Below, one piece after another: positions 10,254 through 18,329 of a stretch of DNA of 64,000 nucleotides. Made by a program: the position numbers and the translations under genes. This stretch comes from Clostridia bacterium. Lineage in GTDB: Bacteria; Bacillota; Clostridia; Oscillospirales; CAG-272. The first letter of the stretch is position 1; each line of letters opens with the position of its first letter. The notes beneath the pieces were generated by a model. That model saw nothing but the letters and a program-made list of their open reading frames with translations, was not told where the DNA came from and ran no database searches. The stretch spans positions 14,947 through 78,946 of the forward strand of contig JAFVTI010000006.1 of assembly GCA_017503325.1 (NCBI GenBank), given 5' to 3'.

Positions 10254-11219
10254 TTGAGCAAAAAGGGTGTATTGATTGGAACGGGTATTGCTGTCGCAGG
10301 TGTAGCTGCAGGTGTGGCTGTTTCACATATGATAACAAAGGGCTTGGTAAAATTCGCAATTGAGCGAGATATGCCAAAATCGCTTGAAAAGCAAAGACCC
10401 AAGCTCACACAAGGCGATCGCGTGAAGGCTTTTCAGGAGTGCATCACCGAAACGGGAAAAGCCCTTCTTGAGAAGGATATCGAGAAAGTTGAAATCAGAA
10501 GCCGTGACGGACTCCGCCTTGTCGGCCATTGGTATCCCTGTGAGAACGCAAAGCGCGTGATCATAGCAATGCACGGATGGCGTTCAGCGTGGTATATGGA
10601 CTTCGGAATGATTGCTGACTTTTGGCATAACGAGGGGTGCAGCATTCTATTTGCCGAGCAAAGAGCGCAGAATAACAGCGAGGGCGAGTATATGACCTTT
10701 GGATATATGGAGCGTTACGATTGCCTTGATTGGATATATTGGGTGAACGAGCGCACCGAAAGCCAATATTCCATCTATCTTGCGGGGGTATCTATGGGGG
10801 CATCTACCGTTTTAATGACAGCGGGATTTCCCCTGCCGTCAAACGTCCGGGGTGTCATGGCTGATTGCGGCTTTACCTGCGCTTACGACGAATGGCGCCA
10901 CGTAGTCAAAAACAACATGAAGCTTTCCTACGGCTTGCGCGGATATATGATAGACCGTAGCTGCCAAAAAAAACTACACGTAAGCTCCAAGGATATTACA
11001 ACGCTTACAGCAATGAAATATTCGCAAATTCCGATCCTGTTCATCCACGGCACGGATGATAAATTTGTTCCCGTAAGAATGACATATGAAAATTATCATG
11101 CCTGCACTTCGCCCAAAGAGCTTTTGATCATCCCCGGCGCTATCCACGGGGAGAGCTACTTTATTGAGAAAGAAAAGTACGAAGCGGTGACAAGATCGTT
11201 TTGGAGTAAATACGAATAA
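10254..11219 (+). CDS. Membrane-anchored alpha/beta hydrolase (serine hydrolase)
   Basis: TTG start with a GGAAAGGAG RBS and an N-terminal TM helix. Nucleophile elbow GVSMGAS, plus IHGTDDKFVP and GAIHGES for the Asp/His positions. Confidence 0.8.
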   Translation: MSKKGVLIGTGIAVAGVAAGVAVSHMITKGLVKFAIERDMPKSLEKQRPKLTQGDRVKAFQECITETGKALLEKDIEKVEIRSRDGLRLVGHWYPCENAKRVIIAMHGWRSAWYMDFGMIADFWHNEGCSILFAEQRAQNNSEGEYMTFGYMERYDCLDWIYWVNERTESQYSIYLAGVSMGASTVLMTAGFPLPSNVRGVMADCGFTCAYDEWRHVVKNNMKLSYGLRGYMIDRSCQKKLHVSSKDITTLTAMKYSQIPILFIHGTDDKFVPVRMTYENYHACTSPKELLIIPGAIHGESYFIEKEKYEAVTRSFWSKYE

Positions 11220-11284
11220 TATTTTAGCAAATCCATTACGAAAAAATGTTTCTTTATAGCCCCAAAACCCTTGTGGCACAAGGG

Positions 11285-11321
11285 AAGTGGTCTGTCCTAC
11301 ATTTTGGGACAGACCACTTTT
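11285..11321 (+). terminator. Rho-independent terminator of the lipid operon
   Basis: Stem aagtggtctgtcc / ggacagaccactt followed by a T run, about 65 nt after the hydrolase stop. Confidence 0.6.
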
Positions 11322-11402
11322 GCAGTATTCAAAAATTGCGTCACCAATCAAAGAAAAAGCGATTTTGAAATTCTGAAACAAAATATTTCACAAACCTCTT
11401 GA

Positions 11403-11620
11403 CAAATCCCTGAAAGTATTCTCGATGCTTCTATGTCGGCATTAGATGATCATAATATTCTAAAGGCTATATGCGCATCTAAAACAATGCCGATATTGGT
11501 GCTGTCTTTTCACGCGGATCATACCGAGCGTATTCACGCTTTTAATGCCTGAGCGCACGCCTACATTATCAATCCTTATCAACGAATTGAGTACGATTGG
11601 GAAAGAGATGATAATCTTCT
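11403..11620 (+). pseudogene. Remnant of a response-regulator receiver domain with an in-frame stop and no N-terminus
   Basis: The translation ILDASMSALDDHNILKAICASKTMPILVLSFHADHTERIHAFNA*AHAYIINPY matches the receiver consensus (..MPGMDG..L..IR....PVI.LSA........A...GA.DYI.KPF). TGA at 11550 sits where the Gly of AGADDY is expected. The first ~50 aa are absent. Confidence 0.5.
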
Positions 11621-11784
11621 TAAAAGCAAAAATTTCAGGGATCTTCTTCTGACAAGTGGCGATGTTTTAAAGGAATTTTTGGATGATGCAACAATAGGTT
11701 TAACTGATGCTAATCGCAATCTTGTTTCTTCGAAGTCTTCTTTTGATCAATGTAAACAAAGAAAAAGCCAACCGAAAAACTTAA

Positions 11785-11820
11785 ACGGCGGTTCTCAAAG
11801 CAGAGAACCGCCGTCATTTT
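11785..11820 (+). terminator. Rho-independent terminator-like hairpin
   Basis: Stem acggcggttctc / gagaaccgccgt followed by cattttgc. Confidence 0.5.
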
Positions 11821-11988
11821 GCATAAAATAAAAATCGCCAAGTGCCGAAAACCCTTATGGAATATAGCATTTTCGTGACAAATGTGGTCAAACATGTGGT
11901 CGTACCCGATTTTGAGCCGATTTTGGGCAAAAAAATAGCAGACGTTTTCGAGGCGGTGTAGATACCAAAAAACCCGAAAAAGCCCGTA

Positions 11989-12024
11989 AAATAAAGAAAA
12001 TCGGAGGTTCGATTGAACCTCCGA
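11989..12024 (-). terminator. Terminator of tRNA-Pro
   Basis: Stem tcggaggttc / gaacctccga lies immediately 3' of the tRNA CCA on the minus strand. A U-rich tail follows (plus-strand ataaagaaaa). Confidence 0.6.
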
Positions 12025-12027
12025 TTT

Positions 12028-12103
12028 TGGTCTGAGTGACAAGACTTGAACTTGCGGCCTCTACCACCCCAAGGTAGCGCGCTACCAGCTGCGCCACACC
12101 CAG
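12028..12103 (-). tRNA. tRNA-Pro (anticodon GGG)
   Basis: Hand-folded 76-nt cloverleaf: acceptor CTGGGTG/CACTCAG with the bacterial tRNA-Pro C1:G72 pair, D arm GCGC-AGCTGGTA-GCGC and anticodon arm CTACC-TTGGGGT-GGTAG. G37 is present, the T arm is GCAAG-TTCAAGT-CTTGT and CCA is encoded. Confidence 0.9.
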
Positions 12104-12141
12104 ATGCGCCATGGAAACGATTGCTTCCTGACGACCTGTAT

Positions 12142-12170
12142 ATTGTAGCACAAACAAAAGTAAAAGTCAA
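12142..12170 (-). promoter_or_regulatory. Sigma-A-type promoter for tRNA-Pro
   Basis: On the minus strand: TTGACT, 17 nt, TACAAT. It lies about 35 nt upstream of the tRNA 5' end. Confidence 0.6.
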
Positions 12171-12289
12171 TACCTTTTTCGAAATATTTTTACTTTTTTT
12201 TCGCTCAATTTTCGGCAATTTTTAGCTGCGAATTTGGTCATTTTGCAAGAGGCTCCTGAAAGTCCGGGAAAAGCATTGCCATAGCAGCG

Positions 12290-13213
12290 TTACTGCACGC
12301 GAATCAGCGCGTGAATGTTATCGATGATGAATTTTTGCGCGCCCGCGGTGTACAGCGCAATGGGATAGAGGCCGTTTTGTCCGTGTCGCTCTTCTATGAT
12401 AATGCCGATCTCGCTGCCGGCATTTGTGGGCAACTTATAGTTCTTACCGCCCCGTTCCACGACGTGCAGAAGCCCCAGGTGCACAAGCCAATCTGCAAGA
12501 TCGCCTGCCTTCAGTCCGTCGCTGGAATCCTGAAGATTGAGCGAGCTGATCCGACTTGCAATCTGCGAGATCGAAAGCGGCACCTCGGAAACAGGGCAGG
12601 ATGCAAGCTGCGCGTGCGTCAGCGTAAAATTGACGTGCGGCAATTGATCGGCAAGTTTGGGCGGGTTTTGCGAGAATGCAAGGATTTCTTGCAGGTGATC
12701 GCGGATAAACTGCTGCGCGAACAGGTTGAGTCTGATGGAGCTTGTGACTCTGCCGGTCTGAGTCGTGGACTGATGGACAAAAATGCCGATCTCAACGCCT
12801 TTTTGCGTGGGCCTTTTGACCGATTTGTCTCTGTAATCGATCAGCTTTTCCAAATATCCTTGGTGCATGAGCCAGGAGTTGATTTCATTTGCCGTGAATT
12901 TTCTGGTTGAGCGCAGAGCCTGATCGACTCTTTGCGCAAACGCGCTGACGCTGACGGGGTATTGCGAGCATTCGATCGAAGCCAGCACCTGTGCGGTCAG
13001 CTTGCGCTCGGGAACGCGGTAGAGATTGGCTACGGTATCGGGGGCGTTTGTCAGCTTTCCAAGCACCTCTGAAACGTAGGAAAAGCAGCCGACGATGCGG
13101 GCTTTGGCAGCCACGTCGCCCTCGGGGATAAGCGAGTCGTCTGTCGGGTCGATCCCTGCGGCAAGCTTGTCGATAAAGGACTTGGCGTACGCAATCTTTT
13201 CAAGGTCTGTCAT
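12290..13213 (-). CDS. Hypothetical cytoplasmic protein with two tandem ~100-aa internal repeats
   Basis: AAGAGGTG RBS. Repeat 1 (..NSWLMHQGYLEKL...KRPTQKGVEIGIFV...LFAQQFIRDHL) aligns with repeat 2 (..ADWLVHLGLLHVV...KLPTNAGSEIGIII...AGAQKFIIDNI). I do not recognise a family. Confidence 0.65.
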   Translation of the reverse strand: MTDLEKIAYAKSFIDKLAAGIDPTDDSLIPEGDVAAKARIVGCFSYVSEVLGKLTNAPDTVANLYRVPERKLTAQVLASIECSQYPVSVSAFAQRVDQALRSTRKFTANEINSWLMHQGYLEKLIDYRDKSVKRPTQKGVEIGIFVHQSTTQTGRVTSSIRLNLFAQQFIRDHLQEILAFSQNPPKLADQLPHVNFTLTHAQLASCPVSEVPLSISQIASRISSLNLQDSSDGLKAGDLADWLVHLGLLHVVERGGKNYKLPTNAGSEIGIIIEERHGQNGLYPIALYTAGAQKFIIDNIHALIRVQ

Positions 13214-13243
13214 GTCGCACCTCTTTTCTGCAAACCGGTGAAT

Positions 13244-14476
13244 TTATTCTGCGTATGTATCGGGTCTTAACTGTACGATATAGGAAACGCCTCTGTAAAT
13301 GGTTTCAAATTCGGATTCCAGCATTGCCTTGACCTCGGGGTGCGCGGGATCGTTGACCAAAAGCCAACCCTGTCCATCCTTTTCCTCGTAACCGATTACG
13401 CAAAGCAAATGCCCGTTTGTCGTATAGTTCGGGTGACCGCTGCCCGCCAGCTGTCCTGCCTTGACTCTGATCGAGGAAACGATCGGATGTCCCGTTGACA
13501 CTGCGTATTTGATGGCGTCGATATCGTAATAATCGATATATGCCTGATAACCGAGCTCACCTGCGTACGCTACGTTGAATGCCCAGTTGCCGAAAATTTG
13601 CTCTCCGTAGTCGCGCACGCCCCAGGCAACGTCTGCGATGTTATCGATCTGCTCGCCATGGTACAGCATGACCATGGAAAGGGAGGTTGCGGAGCAGATG
13701 CTGCCACCGATCTCGGGGACGTCCATCTGTCTTCTGTAGGGCACGTCCAGCTTTTTATAAGTATCCGCGGGAGCGGTCAGATTGCCGTTTTGCTTGTCGC
13801 ATGCAAGCGTGACGTTGTAAAGAATGGGGGATTGATCGCCTGTTTGTTTGATATCAACCCTGTATCTGACAATGCCTTGGCACTCTTTTTTGAGTGTGAG
13901 AATGTCAATGCCTACCTCACCGTGCGCATCCTTGTTGGAAACGCTGCCCGAGGTCTCGGGGATGGCACTCCATACACCCCAGGAATACCAAGCGGTATAA
14001 CTGCCGTCGTCCAGCTTGACGGATACGGACACCTCGACCGTGCCGCCTGCTGAGCTTGCATTCCAAGAGGCAAGCATATTTTTGAAGCTGCCGCCAAGGT
14101 CAATTTCTTCCGAGATGAAATAGCCTTCCGTAGCACCCTCGTCCAGCACAAGGCCATGATTTTCAAAGTGAACAGATTGAAATTCGCCCCGGAACTCGTT
14201 GGCGCAGAACATGATCGACTTGTTGAACAGCGAGACGCCGTTTTTATAGTGATTTGCGTCCTCGGGAATTACGGTGATCTCTTCGGTGGTCATTTCTTCC
14301 TCCTTGGTGGTTTCATGCGTTGTTTGTTCGGTGCCTTCCTGCGTGGCTTGGGCGGTGGGAGTTTCCGGGAGTTCGTTTTGCGGTGCGCTTTCGCATCCTG
14401 TAAGCAGCAGACCTGCAAGCAAAAGCGTTGTTGCGGTGCACAGAATGCTTTGATAAGAGATTTTGCCGTGATACAT
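13244..14476 (-). CDS. Lipoprotein with a C-terminal peptidase C39-like (papain-fold) domain
   Basis: Lipobox LLLTGC and a GGAGG RBS. C39-like blocks are VPYRRQ...GGSICSATSLSMVMLYHG (Cys), NGHLLCVIGYEE (His) and LVNDP (Asp). Confidence 0.7.
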   Translation of the reverse strand: MYHGKISYQSILCTATTLLLAGLLLTGCESAPQNELPETPTAQATQEGTEQTTHETTKEEEMTTEEITVIPEDANHYKNGVSLFNKSIMFCANEFRGEFQSVHFENHGLVLDEGATEGYFISEEIDLGGSFKNMLASWNASSAGGTVEVSVSVKLDDGSYTAWYSWGVWSAIPETSGSVSNKDAHGEVGIDILTLKKECQGIVRYRVDIKQTGDQSPILYNVTLACDKQNGNLTAPADTYKKLDVPYRRQMDVPEIGGSICSATSLSMVMLYHGEQIDNIADVAWGVRDYGEQIFGNWAFNVAYAGELGYQAYIDYYDIDAIKYAVSTGHPIVSSIRVKAGQLAGSGHPNYTTNGHLLCVIGYEEKDGQGWLLVNDPAHPEVKAMLESEFETIYRGVSYIVQLRPDTYAE

Positions 14477-14508
14477 AGGGAAACCTCCGATATTTTATTG
14501 ATATATTA

Positions 14509-14537
14509 ATATTACAACAATCTGCAAAAATTGTCAA
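14509..14537 (-). promoter_or_regulatory. Sigma-A-type promoter of the C39-like operon
   Basis: On the minus strand: TTGACA, 17 nt, TAATAT. Confidence 0.5.
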
Positions 14538-14556
14538 CACCGCGCCACAAATACAC

Positions 14557-14585
14557 TTGAAAAGCTGCATGGTGTGTGTTAAAAT
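14557..14585 (+). promoter_or_regulatory. Sigma-A-type promoter
   Basis: TTGAAA, 17 nt, TAAAAT. It lies inside the track ORF's 5' extension, which argues for the downstream TTG 14608 start. Confidence 0.45.
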
Positions 14586-14607
14586 AAAAGAAAAGGGGGG
14601 TGATGTC

Positions 14608-15528
14608 TTGAGTCATTTATGGATCTTGCGCAAGGATCGCGATCAGCATTGCGGCCGTGCTGCAGCGATGGGGCTTCGTGTACGTTATGCGGATGCCATT
14701 GACCGGGAGATCAGGACAAATCTGGACGGACTGATCCGTTATTTGCGCCGTTTGTATTTCTTTCCCGTGCGCTGTAACGTCTACATCACAAATCACGAAA
14801 GCTATCGATCCGAGCGTGACGGTCACGTGTACTACGGTGTGTTTTATGATAACGAGGGCGTCTACCCCAAGAAAAAGCTGTATCCCGAGATATACGTTGC
14901 CGGACAGGTGAGTGAGCGGTTTGAAATCGAGAATATCATGTTTTCGTTGTTGCATGAGCTGTCGCACTATTTTCAATGGATTGGCGACAGGGAAACAGGA
15001 CGCACCGACAGAAGTATAGAGGTCGAGGCGACAAGGTGGGCAAACCGCATCATGGAAGCATATAAGGCGTACAGTACCATTCAAACGCCTTTCGGGGAAC
15101 TGAATATTTACGTGGACGGACAGCTGATCAATTATCTCCCCGTCAGAATCGCATACGATCGTCCGCCATGTAAGGATAAGCCCTTGGCGGCTTGCTATCG
15201 CATTTACGGTTCGATCGAAGCGGGGCAGACGGTGCGCGCTGTCATAGAGCCGCTTGCCGATTGTCGGGTCAGCGATTGCTCGGGGGAGCGTTACGAATGC
15301 TGCGAATTTTACCGAGACAAGACACAAATGACGATCGGAACAGTGGATTATGAAGATGATCTTACGCAAGATTCAGGCCCCTATGTGGTAAGTCCTATTG
15401 CAAATGGCTTGGAATTTCGCGGGGGTGCAAAACGAACCGACGTCATTATAGGCCTTGCATGGGTAAACGATTATGGCGAATATGACAACCGCACTTGGTT
15501 TGCGGCTGATCCAACACTAAGGAGATAG
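14608..15528 (+). CDS. Hypothetical protein with an ImmA/IrrE-like HEXXH metallopeptidase motif plus an unknown C-terminal domain
   Basis: LLHELSHYFQW....SIEVEATRWANRIM resembles the HExxH...E.EAN.FA pattern of COG2856-type peptidases. The start is uncertain: TTG 14608 follows a GGGGGG RBS, while the track gives 14557. Confidence 0.55.
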   Translation: MSHLWILRKDRDQHCGRAAAMGLRVRYADAIDREIRTNLDGLIRYLRRLYFFPVRCNVYITNHESYRSERDGHVYYGVFYDNEGVYPKKKLYPEIYVAGQVSERFEIENIMFSLLHELSHYFQWIGDRETGRTDRSIEVEATRWANRIMEAYKAYSTIQTPFGELNIYVDGQLINYLPVRIAYDRPPCKDKPLAACYRIYGSIEAGQTVRAVIEPLADCRVSDCSGERYECCEFYRDKTQMTIGTVDYEDDLTQDSGPYVVSPIANGLEFRGGAKRTDVIIGLAWVNDYGEYDNRTWFAADPTLRR

Positions 15529-15945
15529 ATGATGAACAAAACCATCTGGCATGAATTATACGACGCTGCAAAGCAAAAACTGAACCCGCGCGTGCTGACG
15601 CCCTTTGTAGATGCGGGCGGGGTAGCTGCCGCAATCCTGACCGACAAGGGCAACGTGTACACGGGCGTGTGCATTGACACCTGCTCGGGGCTTGGCATGT
15701 GCGCCGAGCGTAACGCGATCGCTAATATGATCACAAATGGCGAGAGCCATATTGTGGGGCTGGTCTGCGTCATGACCGATGGGCGCGTCGGCTCCCCCTG
15801 CGGCGCGTGCAGGGAAATGCTGATGCAGATCGACCCAAACAGCCCCGAGATCGAGATTCTGACCGACCTTGAAACGCTTTCCACAGTCAGGCTTGGCGAT
15901 CTCGTGCCGGATTGGTGGGGAAACGAGCGCATGCAGAGAGGCTGA
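15529..15945 (+). CDS. cdd: Cytidine deaminase (small homotetrameric type)
   Basis: Zinc motifs CAERNAI and PCGACREML in a 138-aa protein. Confidence 0.9.
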   Translation: MMNKTIWHELYDAAKQKLNPRVLTPFVDAGGVAAAILTDKGNVYTGVCIDTCSGLGMCAERNAIANMITNGESHIVGLVCVMTDGRVGSPCGACREMLMQIDPNSPEIEILTDLETLSTVRLGDLVPDWWGNERMQRG

Positions 15946-15947
15946 AG

Positions 15948-16889
15948 ATGACACACTACATGAATCTCCATCCGCAACCGTTTTCCATGATCGCGTGCGG
16001 AGCGAAAACCATAGAGCTGCGGTTGTTGGACGAAAAGAGAAAGCTGATTTGCGTGGGTGATACGTTGGTTTTCAAGAACACCCAAAGCGCCGATACGTTG
16101 AGTTGCACCGTGAAAAAATTGCACGTATTTGCCGATTTCGAGCAGCTGTACAGATGCTTGCCGCTTGACCAATGCGGTTATTGGCCGCACGAGCTGAAAA
16201 CTGCCTCGGCCAAGGATATGATAGCCTATTATCCGCCCGAAAAGCAAATGTGCTTTGGCGTTGTGGGGATCGAAATTGAATTGATTCGCACGTCGACAGA
16301 TTTCAAAAAGCTGTTGATCACGGGCTTTGACCCGTTTGACGGCGCGAGCATCAATCCCTCGTGGGAGGCCGTTAAGCGCCTACCCGAGCAGATCGGGGCT
16401 TGGCGTCTGACCAAGCTGGAGATCCCGACCGTGTTCGGGCTTGCGGCGCAGACCGTACTGGATGCAGCGAATGATCTGCAGCCCGACGCCATTCTATGTG
16501 TGGGACAGGCGGGCGGCAGAGATGCCGTGACGCCCGAGACGTACGGTGTCAACCTGCGACACGCAAGAATTGCGGATAATGCAGGGAATAAGCCGCTTGC
16601 CGCGCCCATCGTACAGGGTGCGCCCGCTTCGTATCCTGCTACAGTACCCGTGCACGACATGGTTCGCGCCGTGCGTGCGCAGGGTTTGCCGTGCCGTGCC
16701 TCTTACAGCGCGGGTCGATTCGTATGCAACGACCTGCTTTATACGCTGCTGCATCATTATAATGGCACAAACACCAAGATCGGCTTTGTTCACATTCCAT
16801 ACCTGCCCGAGCAGGCGAAAGAGGGAACGCCTTCCTTGATGTTGGAAAGTGCGGCAGACGCATTGTATGCGGTAATCAAGGTATTGTAA
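15948..16889 (+). CDS. pcp: Fusion protein: N-terminal ASCH domain plus C-terminal pyroglutamyl-peptidase I
   Basis: The ASCH GxKxxExR motif is present as CGAKTIELR within aa 5-115. From KKLLITGFDPFDG..NPSWEAV the sequence is typical Pcp (GQAGGR.. and the Cys region SAGRFVCN). The frame is continuous and there is no internal start near the junction. Confidence 0.8.
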   Translation: MTHYMNLHPQPFSMIACGAKTIELRLLDEKRKLICVGDTLVFKNTQSADTLSCTVKKLHVFADFEQLYRCLPLDQCGYWPHELKTASAKDMIAYYPPEKQMCFGVVGIEIELIRTSTDFKKLLITGFDPFDGASINPSWEAVKRLPEQIGAWRLTKLEIPTVFGLAAQTVLDAANDLQPDAILCVGQAGGRDAVTPETYGVNLRHARIADNAGNKPLAAPIVQGAPASYPATVPVHDMVRAVRAQGLPCRASYSAGRFVCNDLLYTLLHHYNGTNTKIGFVHIPYLPEQAKEGTPSLMLESAADALYAVIKVL

Positions 16890-16934
16890 AAAGGGCGATG
16901 CACTTCAGCGTTAGTGCAATTTGATCAAAGAAAA

Positions 16935-16968
16935 ATCGCAGGATTGTCCCATCCTGCGATTCTCTTTT
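16935..16968. terminator. Bidirectional terminator between convergent genes
   Basis: Stem atcgcaggat / atcctgcgat, flanked by an A run on the left and a T run on the right. Confidence 0.6.
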
Positions 16969-18049
16969 AGTGAGCCTCCCCCAAAAGTTCTTTTACGCTA
17001 CTGCAAAACACCTCGGGGCGGTCGAAAAACACGGTGTGTGCCTGATCGGGGATACGCAAAAGCCGCTTTTGAGGCGCGGATACGCGGCGGAAATAGCCCT
17101 CGATCATGTCGGCAGGGCAGATGCGGTCATCGTCGGCACAGAGAAAATAGACCGGCACGCGAAAATCGGGCGGCAGGCGGCGCAGATCAAATTCCATGCT
17201 CAGATACTCGATCAAGGGGGATTCGTGCGCAAAATATGCGTGCCCCAACAGAATCTGTCGCAGCTTCCAGCGCAGATCGCGCAAGTGGCAATCGGGTGAG
17301 AGCAGTCCCGTGCGGAAATAGGCCGAGAGCGGCTTGCAGGAGCGGTTCTTTCTGTACGCGCAGGTTGCATCGCGCAAGGAGGCGTACGCAAAAAATCCGC
17401 GCTTTGAAAATTGCGTGTCGCTGTGCATAAATTTTTCGATCTCTTTTTCTAAGCTCTCGGCGCATGCGAGGTCACCGTGCGCTCTTGCATCGTCTGCCGT
17501 ATTTTTTGCCGCCAGCACCGCGCCCGAGAGGATGTGCACGCATTGGCAGACCGAGAGGTAGCAGACAAGCTTTTCGGGGTGCAGCTTTGCATACAGCACA
17601 CCGGGCACCGTGCCCCAGGAATAGCCCAGCAGTATGATGCGGGGCTGATCAAAACGCGCGCGCAAATAGTCTACCAGCCCGTCAAGATCAGATAGGATTT
17701 GCTGCGTGCTGACGGGCGAGTCCTTGCCGTGACTTTCGTAATAGGTGCGCCCACAGCCGCGCTGATCCCAGTTGACGATGGTGTAGTCCTGCTCCAGTCC
17801 CTTTTGATAGTGATAGGACAGGCAAGAGGTGGGATTTCCGGGGCCGCCGTGCAAAAACAGAATGATGGGATTGCGCACGTCCTGCCCGCGGATCTGAATA
17901 TACTGCTTGATGCCGCCAAGCGGCACGTAGATGCATTCCTCAATGCCGTGCTCGGATACGATGCTGTGCTTGTAGATCTGCCGCCCGCGCGTCAGAGCAA
18001 ACGCGCATGGCAGCGCCAGCGCAGGTAAAACCATGGATAAAACGCTCAT
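16967..18049 (-). CDS. Alpha/beta hydrolase, proline iminopeptidase-like (S33 family)
   Basis: Blocks FLHGGPGNP, NWDQRGCGRT and nucleophile elbow GYSWG, with an N-terminal hydrophobic segment. Confidence 0.75.
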   Translation of the reverse strand: MSVLSMVLPALALPCAFALTRGRQIYKHSIVSEHGIEECIYVPLGGIKQYIQIRGQDVRNPIILFLHGGPGNPTSCLSYHYQKGLEQDYTIVNWDQRGCGRTYYESHGKDSPVSTQQILSDLDGLVDYLRARFDQPRIILLGYSWGTVPGVLYAKLHPEKLVCYLSVCQCVHILSGAVLAAKNTADDARAHGDLACAESLEKEIEKFMHSDTQFSKRGFFAYASLRDATCAYRKNRSCKPLSAYFRTGLLSPDCHLRDLRWKLRQILLGHAYFAHESPLIEYLSMEFDLRRLPPDFRVPVYFLCADDDRICPADMIEGYFRRVSAPQKRLLRIPDQAHTVFFDRPEVFCSSVKELLGEAH

Positions 18050-18123
18050 AATATTCCCCCGATTTGAGTAATATTCTTATTGTTTTACAGAACAGGGAAT
18101 TTATGCTTGTTGCAGGTGTTTTT

Positions 18124-18221
18124 CTGCGGGAGCAAGCCCCCGCCCTACAATATTTCTCAAGTTCCTTTGTAATCATGTGAGAGCGGGGTGTTATACGTAG
18201 GGCGGGGGCTTGCTCCCGCAG
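18124..18221. repeat. Perfect 25-bp GC-rich inverted repeat with a 48-nt spacer
   Basis: ctgcgggagcaagcccccgccctac (18124-18148) is the exact reverse complement of 18197-18221. The element lies in a divergent intergenic region. Confidence 0.95.
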
Positions 18222-18264
18222 CTAATATCAAATGTTGGTTGACCCGTCAACAACCATTTGATAA

Positions 18265-18292
18265 TTGACGAATTTTCAGAATGTGTTATAAT
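18265..18292 (+). promoter_or_regulatory. Extended -10 sigma-A-type promoter of the XRE regulator gene
   Basis: TTGACG, 16 nt, TGtTATAAT. The palindrome gttgac-cc-gtcaac at 18238-18251 lies just upstream. Confidence 0.5.
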
Positions 18293-18329
18293 GGAATTAC
18301 ACCGGTGATAACATGTTTGGAGGAACGAT

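Noticed and set aside
11814-12218. ORFs of 134 aa and 89 aa on the minus strand.
   Set aside because: They read straight through the tRNA-Pro gene, its promoter and its terminator, so they are not coding.
11220-12290. A prophage or integrative element at tRNA-Pro.
   Set aside because: No integrase, excisionase or phage gene is present, and no duplicated tRNA 3' segment was found. Only a decayed regulator fragment is seen.
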